IMG/VR virus record: IMGVR_UViG_3300040751_002066
Span: 4,930 to 68,929 of that record
DNA: 64,000 nucleotides
Source: a virus
Reading direction: 5' to 3' (one strand)
Made by a program: the position numbers and the translations under genes. This document shows positions 8,943 to 16,900 of the stretch, piece by piece (the stretch's first letter is position 1; each line of letters begins with the position of its first letter). The notes beneath the pieces were generated by a model. That model had not been told where the DNA came from. It was given only the letters and a program-made list of their open reading frames with translations, and did not search any database.

Positions 8943-9516
8943 CTTGTTTCGGAGGTAGGGTTTCTGCGTCCACCACATCTGCGTCAATTACGGTGGGTTT
9001 CTCCTTGACCACATCGAACTGGATCTGGAGCTTGGAAGTTCCACCGCCGCCCTTTCCTTTGTTGGGGTTGAGGATGCTCTCCATGATACGGTGCGCCTTC
9101 TCGGCGTCGGACCACGTGCGGATCTGGGGAGGCGCCTGCATCACCTTGTGGAAAATTTGATAAAGCTGCTGCGCCATCAAGACCCGGTACTTCTCTTCTA
9201 CCCCATCCTGCATTTCGAGGAACATCCCCAAGGCCGCTTCGGTGTTCTGGTTTCGTAGCTCCTTGGTGAACGCGTCCATGACGTGGTCCGGCTGGGGCAT
9301 CACCATGGGGTTGGCTTCTGGTTCCAAGGCCTGCCCCCTCTTGGCCCCGGATTCCTTGGCCCACCGGGAAACAGTCGACGGGTGGACCGCGATGGAGTCG
9401 GCGATTGCGGCAAGACTCTCCCCCATCATGTATCGATGGAGTGCCTTTTCTTTGAGCTGGGGGGCGACGCTCTTAAACTTATTCCCCTCGACGTTGGAGT
9501 TCTTGGGCTTGGACAT
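8926..9516 (-). CDS. HTH DNA-binding protein, probable terminase small subunit
   Basis: N-terminal HTH GESLAAIADSIAVHPSTVSRW; C-terminal TVIDADVV tail; close to TerL but divergent from it. Confidence 0.55.
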   Translation of the reverse strand: MSKPKNSNVEGNKFKSVAPQLKEKALHRYMMGESLAAIADSIAVHPSTVSRWAKESGAKRGQALEPEANPMVMPQPDHVMDAFTKELRNQNTEAALGMFLEMQDGVEEKYRVLMAQQLYQIFHKVMQAPPQIRTWSDAEKAHRIMESILNPNKGKGGGGTSKLQIQFDVVKEKPTVIDADVVDAETLPPKQDEDSE

Positions 9517-9701
9517 TAGAGGGGTGGGTTTTGTTCTCGGAGGGCGCGGCGTACCCGGAACCATTGCGAAGACTCCTCTGGGATACGCATGTAAGCCAAA
9601 GCAGACTCGGGACTCAACTCCCCCGCGAGGACCTCGTCCCAGATGGACGCGTGTTCAAGGTACAACTCTTCGAGGTCTCTGTTTGGGTACGGATTACTCA
9701 T
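9516..9701 (-). CDS. Small hypothetical protein
   Basis: 61-aa ORF (MSNPYP...) with a TAATG overlap with the next gene. Confidence 0.6.
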   Translation of the reverse strand: MSNPYPNRDLEELYLEHASIWDEVLAGELSPESALAYMRIPEESSQWFRVRRALREQNPPL

Positions 9702-9745
9702 TGACTTATGCGCGACAGTTTGACACACTCCGAATACCATGTCAA
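9701..9745. promoter_or_regulatory. Overlapping divergent sigma70-like promoters
   Basis: Plus strand TTGACT-17-CACACT (9701-9729) before terL; minus strand TTGACA-17-CAAACT (9745-9717). Confidence 0.45.
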
Positions 9746-11541
9746 GCACTCCCGTTGCGACTCAATTACCGGACGGCCGGTGGCAATTCAAAAACCTCCT
9801 AACCGCTAGCCCATGTGGGAAGACCGCAGCTATGTTATTCATCGGCAAGCACTTTTACGAAGATGGCCCGGCCATGGAGTATGCGTTCTGGGAGTTCACC
9901 AAGTCTGTGTGGCAGATGGATCCCGACAATATCCTTTTGGAAAAGCACAAATGGTCAGAGGAGATCATCCACGACCTCGCCCACGAACGGTACGTTGCGT
10001 TCGGGGGGTGCGGCTCCTCAGGTAAGTCCCACGTCTGCGCCGCGTGGGGAATCTTTCGGTGGCTTTGCGACCCTGAGAATACCATCGTGTTGACCACCAC
10101 GACCGCAATGAAGGACGCGGACCAACGGGTGTGGGGCAGTTTCATCCGCCTGACTGCGCCCCTCCAAGGGCCGGCCCCGTTCAGGGAGCGGCCCTCCCTC
10201 CACGACTTTGTGTTGCAAGAGCCGGGGAAGAAGATGAATATTTCACGGGGGATGTTCCTCGTCGCCGCGGAGAAGAAGAAGACCCGGGAAGCAGTGGGTA
10301 AGTTCGTGGGTCGAAAGGCCCACCACATCATCCTAATTGCGGACGAGTTGGGGGAACTTTCCCCCGCCATCATGAACGCCGGTATCTCCAACCTCACGGC
10401 GGGTGGTGAGAAATCCTTTCAAGCCATCGGTATGTCTAACCCGGACTCACGGTTCGACGCGTTCGGGGACTGGGCCACTCCGGAAGAGGGATGGGAACAC
10501 GTGGACACAACCACTGCGATGACGTGGCGCACGAAATGGAAGGGACTGTACCGGAGGTTCGACGCCTACGAGAGCCCCCACTTCCACCGTGCCAAGTCCT
10601 ACCTCCCAACCGAGGGTAAGGTAGAGGAGGCCAAGGAGCAGCTAGGGTCAAAGTCCCGGGCGTTCATGCGTATGTGGAGGGCCGTGTTCTTCGACGGCGG
10701 AGAAGAGAGCGGCGTGTACACCGAGCTCGAGCTGGCCAAGAGCGGCGCCCTGAACCCGGTATCCGGAACCCCGATCCCCAACATCATTGGCCGGGTCGCG
10801 GGCATGGACTTGGGGTACACGTGGGGCGGAGACGCCACCATGTTCCGGGCGGTGGACATCGGGTACGCGAGCGACGGACGCATGGTTGCGCGGCTCAGGG
10901 AACTGGAAACAATCAGGGACGACGTCCACTCGGGGGAACCGCGGTCGTATCAGATTGGTCACGGCACGGTGGACCTGATGCGCAAATACAAGATCCCGGC
11001 GAGGCACCTGAGCGTGGACGCCACGGCAGGGGGTAACCCCATTTGCGACGTGATTGACATGTGTATCGAAGAGTCGGACCTGCCGTCTGCGTTGAAGGGT
11101 CGGGTCACCCGGGTCCAGTTCGGGGGCAAGCCCACCAAGAACCGGCCCAACCCCCGGGTCAAGAAGACAGCGGATGAGTTGTACCGTAACCGGGTGACGG
11201 AGCTATGGTTCGCGTCCAAGGAGCTGTTCCGTTGCGGACAGATCGTGGGGCTGGATGGGTCCACCGCGAAGGAGATGACGTTGCGCGAGTTCGATCAGAA
11301 GAAAGCGGGCTCAGGGCTCAGGATTCAGCTTGAGTCCAAGGGGGAGTACAAGGCCCGGACCAACATGCCCTCACCGGATGCCGCAGATACCACCTTCTTG
11401 GCCTTGGATTCTGCGCGTACCAACTTCAGTCTGTTTCCGATTGAGCGTCGCAAGGATGACGCCCCCGCACACATGCGCCGCCCACCACTTAGGTTGGAGC
11501 AGGTTGACGTGGCCGGGCAGAGTGACGACGCGTGGCTGTAA
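9739..11541 (+). CDS. terL: Terminase large subunit
   Basis: Walker A GCGSSGKS, Walker B ILIADE, MSNP coupling motif, nuclease GMDLG...GDAT, VDATAGG, SPDAAD. Confidence 0.92.
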   Translation: MSSTPVATQLPDGRWQFKNLLTASPCGKTAAMLFIGKHFYEDGPAMEYAFWEFTKSVWQMDPDNILLEKHKWSEEIIHDLAHERYVAFGGCGSSGKSHVCAAWGIFRWLCDPENTIVLTTTTAMKDADQRVWGSFIRLTAPLQGPAPFRERPSLHDFVLQEPGKKMNISRGMFLVAAEKKKTREAVGKFVGRKAHHIILIADELGELSPAIMNAGISNLTAGGEKSFQAIGMSNPDSRFDAFGDWATPEEGWEHVDTTTAMTWRTKWKGLYRRFDAYESPHFHRAKSYLPTEGKVEEAKEQLGSKSRAFMRMWRAVFFDGGEESGVYTELELAKSGALNPVSGTPIPNIIGRVAGMDLGYTWGGDATMFRAVDIGYASDGRMVARLRELETIRDDVHSGEPRSYQIGHGTVDLMRKYKIPARHLSVDATAGGNPICDVIDMCIEESDLPSALKGRVTRVQFGGKPTKNRPNPRVKKTADELYRNRVTELWFASKELFRCGQIVGLDGSTAKEMTLREFDQKKAGSGLRIQLESKGEYKARTNMPSPDAADTTFLALDSARTNFSLFPIERRKDDAPAHMRRPPLRLEQVDVAGQSDDAWL

Positions 11542-11556
11542 GCACAATGTAAAAGT

Positions 11557-11665
11557 GGCGTTCCCCACTCCGCAAACCTCCCATAAAGGTATTATCAGAA
11601 GAGATTGTACTTTCTCAGTAATACAGAAAACTCTTCTATAAGGGGTTTGCGGAGTGGGGGACGCC
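11557..11665. repeat. Inverted-repeat element with ~22-bp arms and an AT-rich core; inverted copy of the core of the 44.1-44.4 kb element
   Basis: GGCGTTCCCCACTCCGCAAACC...GGTTTGCGGAGTGGGGGACGCC; the spacer matches the reverse complement of 44221-44280 with few differences. Confidence 0.9.
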
Positions 11666-11693
11666 CCAGCGGCAGCATGGAAACTTTGCGGGA

Positions 11694-11716
11694 GGGGTTG
11701 ACACCTGTGGTATGGT
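11694..11716 (+). promoter_or_regulatory. Class II promoter-like motif upstream of the tRNA pair
   Basis: GGGGTTGACA cctgtgg TATGGT. Confidence 0.65.
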
Positions 11717-11805
11717 GGTACCACAAGTCGCCCGAGGGAACTGCGGAACAACCCAAGACCATCTTACAGGCGAACCTCCTTCCCTCCGGTGACTTACCCA
11801 TTTAC

Positions 11806-11882
11806 AGCAGGGTAGCCAAGTCTGGTAAGGCGGCGGGTTCATGTCCCGTTCATCGTGGGTTCGAATCCCACCCCTGCAACCA
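11806..11882 (+). tRNA. tRNA-Met(CAU), initiator type
   Basis: Full cloverleaf, A1:A72 mismatch, three consecutive G-C pairs in the anticodon stem, loop TT-CAT-GT, TTCGAAT T-loop, encoded CCA. Confidence 0.92.
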
Positions 11883-11884
11883 AT

Positions 11885-11957
11885 GACGTGGTAGTGTTCA
11901 ACGGCAGCACATCTGGCTTCCAACCAGATAGTCTCGGTTCAAATCCGAGTCGCGTCT
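11885..11957 (+). tRNA. tRNA-Gly(UCC)
   Basis: Acceptor GACGTGG/TCGCGTC, anticodon arm TCTGG-CTTCCAA-CCAGA, T arm CTCGG-TTCAAAT-CCGAG, discriminator U, no encoded CCA. Confidence 0.88.
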
Positions 11958-11978
11958 CTCCCTCTCTTTTTTCTTTTC

Positions 11979-12007
11979 TTGCCAAGGCCCCCCTGTTTAC
12001 CTATAAT
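11979..12007 (+). promoter_or_regulatory. Canonical sigma70-type promoter with leaderless geometry
   Basis: TTGCCA-17-TATAAT, with ATG 12013 five nt downstream. Confidence 0.7.
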
Positions 12008-12012
12008 ACGCC

Positions 12013-13041
12013 ATGCCTCTCACAGTAGGAAGATTAGGAGACTCTCGCCCCTTGGGTGGGTCCCGCGGCGCGTTACGCCGGGAGATCCGCAGGGCCGAAC
12101 GCAAAGGAAACACCGCCCTAGCCAACCAACTGGGGGCCCGCCTCGCCGATGAGAACTTGCGACGCGCCTCCGTAGGCGAGGGCCTTATCGGCAACTCAGA
12201 CTCAGATGCCCAAGAGGTAAGCGGCATGCGGTCCCTACGCAGAGAACAACTCCAAGAGAAATCCCGCCTCGCCTCCGGCGGCCTCCAACCTTCCGGCGGC
12301 CTCCAACCTTCCGGCGGCCTCCAACCTTCCGGCGGCCTCCAACCTTCCGGCGGCCTCCAACCTTCCGGCGGCCTCCAACCTTCCGGCGGCCTCCAACCTT
12401 CCGGCGGCCTCCAACGCACCCCCGCCGCAGTCGCGGCCCAAGCCGCCACAAGTACCGTAGACTCCTTAGGTTCTCCGGACCTCGAACCAGCGGCCCCCAT
12501 TGCCCCCGACGCTCCCCCCACAGAACCCTCCCCCCGATTGGGCAGGGCCGCCGGAAGTATAAACGGCCGTCCCGTCGGGGACGCTCTATCTCAGTCTGAG
12601 CAAAACGTCCTCGCGAGACAGGCAATCCAAGATGGCCGGCTACCCGACCGAGACAATTCTTCTTTAAGCGCCGAGGAGGTCCGCGCCCAACGCAAAGAGG
12701 ACTTGCGACTATTCGAGGAAACTCATGGTCGGGAAGCCCTCATGGAACGCCTGCTTGATCTAACTGATTCCCGGAAAGAAGAGCGCCGCCTCCGGGGGGA
12801 CCAAAAGAAGTGGGACAAGACTACTTTCCTTGACTGGGAGGAAGCTGTCGCGGACCAACGGAGAGATGCCCTCAGAAGGGGAAGCGGGGAATCGGAATAC
12901 TCCAGCCGAGACAGGAAGACCTTCCTTGACTGGGAGGGTGCAGTTGAAGACCAACGGAGGGGGAGCCTCGGAATTCAGAAAAAGACCAAGACGTACCCCA
13001 ACTGGGACTCGGTCATCGAAGCCCAAATGAAACGACTCTGA
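12013..13041 (+). CDS. Putative internal virion (ejection) protein with SGGLQP repeats
   Basis: 342-aa low-complexity, helical ORF, first of three co-oriented genes ending in the giant protein. Confidence 0.65.
   Translation: MPLTVGRLGDSRPLGGSRGALRREIRRAERKGNTALANQLGARLADENLRRASVGEGLIGNSDSDAQEVSGMRSLRREQLQEKSRLASGGLQPSGGLQPSGGLQPSGGLQPSGGLQPSGGLQPSGGLQPSGGLQRTPAAVAAQAATSTVDSLGSPDLEPAAPIAPDAPPTEPSPRLGRAAGSINGRPVGDALSQSEQNVLARQAIQDGRLPDRDNSSLSAEEVRAQRKEDLRLFEETHGREALMERLLDLTDSRKEERRLRGDQKKWDKTTFLDWEEAVADQRRDALRRGSGESEYSSRDRKTFLDWEGAVEDQRRGSLGIQKKTKTYPNWDSVIEAQMKRL
12274..12414 (+). repeat. 18-bp tandem repeat x8 (TCCGGCGGCCTCCAACCT) encoding SGGLQP
   Basis: Directly visible perfect repeats; the last copy is partial. 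Confidence 0.97.
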
Positions 13042-13042
13042 T

Positions 13043-13933
13043 ATGGAACAGGACCCTCTCGACAACGTGCGCCCCGTCAGCCCCAAGTTCTTCGCGGCAG
13101 TGTCCCAGAACCAAGGGTTGTCCCTTTCGGCTAAAGAGAACCTCGTCAATGAGGCACTCTCCGGACGTCTCCAGCTAGATGAGGCACGCTCCAGATTGGT
13201 ACGCACCCGACAGCAGGAGCAGCTCGCATCCTTACGGATCGAACGGGAAGACTTCATGTTGTCCCGCGCACGAGAGGAGGCCCGTAGGGACCAGCAGACC
13301 GTGGAGACCAGTCGTGCTTTAGCCGGCTCCCTCACTGGGTTACTGGACGACCCCGACCTTACCCCGGAGGAGAAACGGAACACCATGGCTCGTATCCGTC
13401 TCCAGAACCCTGATACCTTCGCCCGGAACCCCGGACTTCGAGACCAGTTCTCGACCCTTGACTCCATTCTCCCCAAGCCCCCTCGACCCCTATCCGTGTC
13501 TGAGAAGATTGCGCTCACCAACCAAGAGAGGGCCTTCCAAAAGGACGCCATTGCGCTTGAGCGGGCCGCAGAGAAGGAACAGGAAGCCCGGATCAAGGAG
13601 GAGCGCGAGCTGTTTGAAGAATCATTCAAGCGGGTCGAGGATATGGGAACCGGGAAAAAAGAAGGTGCACTCGGGACCGTGCCGGACCCCGCATCATTCG
13701 AGAACCCGGAGGACCAAGACCTCATCCTCGCTTTCTTAACCGAGTACGGCCCTTCTGCCGGCGTACCCGTACCCCCTATCGAACTCCTCCAGCGCCAACC
13801 CGCCGACACCCTGCGTAAGTTGGCTGGTGAAGTGTACCGCAAGGCCCGTCCCGTATTCTTGGGTGGTTCTGGTGGACGTGGCCCAGCCAACCGAGAGGTG
13901 AGTAAGCTAAACATTCCGTCGGTGATAGAATAA
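13043..13933 (+). CDS. Putative internal virion protein (coiled-coil)
   Basis: 296-aa helical ORF immediately upstream of the giant protein. Confidence 0.65.
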   Translation: MEQDPLDNVRPVSPKFFAAVSQNQGLSLSAKENLVNEALSGRLQLDEARSRLVRTRQQEQLASLRIEREDFMLSRAREEARRDQQTVETSRALAGSLTGLLDDPDLTPEEKRNTMARIRLQNPDTFARNPGLRDQFSTLDSILPKPPRPLSVSEKIALTNQERAFQKDAIALERAAEKEQEARIKEERELFEESFKRVEDMGTGKKEGALGTVPDPASFENPEDQDLILAFLTEYGPSAGVPVPPIELLQRQPADTLRKLAGEVYRKARPVFLGGSGGRGPANREVSKLNIPSVIE

Positions 13934-13936
13934 AGG

Positions 13937-13965
13937 TTGACTTAGGGTATCTTTCTCGGTAGTAT
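13937..13965 (+). promoter_or_regulatory. Canonical sigma70-type promoter
   Basis: TTGACT-17-TAGTAT upstream of ATG 13978. Confidence 0.65.
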
Positions 13966-13977
13966 TCGGGCCACATT

Positions 13978-16900
13978 ATGGCTCTGTCCACTACTACCCC
14001 CTTCGACCAATGGGTCGATTCCGAGGAGGCCCAAGGTCTCGAAGGTATCGACAAGATCAAAGCATACGGTGATCACTACCGTACCACTCAATTCGCCGCG
14101 GGTAGTTACAACCCGCAGCAGGCCCAACTGGTAGACAGGCAACTGTTTGATCTGGCCCGCAACAGCGGGTTCGTTGAGGGCGAAGAGGAAGAAGCATACG
14201 CCCAGTTTGTGGCGCCCACACCCAAGGAACCCACCAATCAGGACCTTGCGCAAGTCGTGGAACACCAGTACGGTGTGGAAGGTAAGGGCCTGACCCCCGT
14301 TCGCGACTACCTGTCGCTACGAAATATTAGCGGGGCCGACGAGGACCTCGTAGCCGAGAGGGCCGAGGCCGCCGCCGAGTATCTCACCCCGGAAAAGATT
14401 GACGAGGCCAAGCGATTCGCGGCCCAGCGTGGTGACATCCCCCTCCACGCGTCCCCCGTCGAAGGTGGGCTGGACATTGAAGTGAGTCCTTTCCTCGAAG
14501 AAGACGAGATCACCAATGAGATGCTTGTCGACATCGCCAAGTCCCAAGGTATTGACTCCCGGTACCTACCACAAATTAAGGACCTCATCTCGAAACCGGC
14601 CGGACTAAATGTTTCCAAGGCCCGCGCCGTGCGCAACATGGAGATCCGTAGCGTCGTCGCATCCTCCGATGACGAAGCCATCACCCAAGTAAGGGACCGT
14701 GTACTCAGTCTGGTTAAAGACGGGGACCTCGCCTACGCGAGAAACGTGGCCCAAGACGCGGCTCGTTCAGGTGCCCTGTCCCGACAGTACAGCTCCAACG
14801 ACGTGGTAGACGCGGTGATGGACTACGCCAAAGTGGCTACTCAGAAAGACCAGCCATCGATCCTCTCCACTGGGGAGGTGATGATGCCCCACGCTTTGCT
14901 CACCCGTGGCGAAGACCACGACGCTTTGGTAGACAGTCTCGACATCTCCGACGAACAGAAGGCTCTAACTAAAGAGTCCCGCTCGATCCGCCTCGCCCAG
15001 ATGGCGCCCCACATGCACAAGGTCGCGACCGCGGCAGCCGGTTCTGAGTACACTGAATTCTACGAGCAGGGTAAGGCCTCCGGTAAAAGCGACGCGGCTA
15101 TTATCGAGGAGTGGTTCTCGGATGACGACAACTTTTCTGGCTCTCGCCAGATGCTCGAGGGTGCAGGTACCGGATTCCTACGTGGATTCGGCGGACTCGT
15201 GCTGTATCCCCTCGCCTTGGCCGGCAATGAAACGGCCCGCAAGGACCTCGCCCGTCTCCAAGAGGATGAGTCCCACCGCCAAGAGTACGCCTCCCTTTTT
15301 GGCGAGGAGTTTGGCATTGGTTACTCCATCGTGACGACCGCTCCCGAGGTGGCCGCAGACATTCTACTTTCCATCCCCACCGGTGGTGCCGCCGGAGTCG
15401 CTTCCGCAGGTACCCGGTGGACTATGAAGCAGGGTGCCAAGGTCGTCTTGCGTGACGCCCTCAGTACCTCGGCCCGAGCCACCACTGCGGCCGCCATTAA
15501 GAAAGGAGCACCCGGTTCTATCACCGCGGCACTCGAGCTGTCCGGACGTAGCTTCACCCAGAAGTTGGGGACCCTCGCGCAGACAACTCTAGCCACTGCC
15601 CCCACCGCATATTCCCGCTCGGCTGGTGCCACCTATGCCTCAACATACAGTGCCCTCGAAGCCAAGCACCCCGAGTGGTCCGCCGAGAAGATCCGTACCG
15701 CCGCACTGGGCCACGCCAACATTACCGGAATGCTAACGGTGGGTATCATGTCTGCCTTCTCCGGTCTCGCCCTCGCCAGCCCCAAGTACTTCGGGGCAGG
15801 TGTGGAAGAGTGGGCAACCAGCTTGGGTGACGGCCTCACCGTACGCCAAGCCCGGGCCGCCTACCAGAAACTTGCCCTCAAAACCAACAAGATCCCGGCC
15901 GCCGCGAAGCACTACCTCAACATGGAGAGCTTCGAAGGGTTCGTATCTTCTATCGCCAAAGAAGGGATGCGGAAATCGTTCGGGAAGAACCTTGTACGTC
16001 AGGGTTCCTCAGAGGCACTGGAGGAAGGCCTCGACGAATTCATCAACGGGTGGAGAACCTCTGCCTTCCTCGACGAAGACAAGAGTATCCTCGACCACCT
16101 CCGGTCAGCCGCACACGCCGCCATCGTTGGGGGTGTGTTTGGTACAACTGCCGCCGTGAAAGAAGGCGGGTTCACTTCCAAGGTCAGCGACACCGCGCAA
16201 GCACAGTTCGAACGGGATAGCTTTGTCACCATCGCCGACGGACTTGAGAGAAGCGGGGACGTCCAATCTGCCGCGGTCCTTCGCGGGCTGGTGGCCCGTT
16301 CCCGGCGCCAGAAAAACGAGGTCACCAAACAACTGGAGACCCTCGGACGCTTCGCACAGAGGCAGGAGGTTAAGGTCGGAGCCGAAGTCTCCCCCTACGA
16401 GAACCTCGTATCTGTCGACCCCACTCTCCCCCGTGTCCTCCAAGACGAGCTAACCTACGCGGAGCAGTACATCGATTCATTTAAGGGTCGCAACCTTGCG
16501 GAGCTCAGTACCCAAGAGAGAGTCAACTTGGCCGCCGCCAAGATCTACCGATCCAAGATTTCAGACGTCCACGCCAAAGCCGCGACTGAGGCTGAAGCCG
16601 GCGTCGAACCACTCACTGATCCGGACGAGACCCGCACGAACATCGCGGCCCTCGAGGAAGAGATCACGCGCCTGTCTGCTAGCCCGTCCCAAGCGTCCCG
16701 GGTAGCGGAGCTCACTACTCAGAAGGAAGCCCTCGAGGCCCGGCTCGCCCCTGAACCCAGTACCCCGACTCCTGTTCCCTTACCCGGGGACCGTGGTCCC
16801 GGACCCGTCAACTCCAAGATCCACAACCAGCTTGCCCAGACCGAGGAACTCCTCGCACGGCTCAGGGTTCAGGAGAAAGCCAACCCAGCCTTACGTAATT

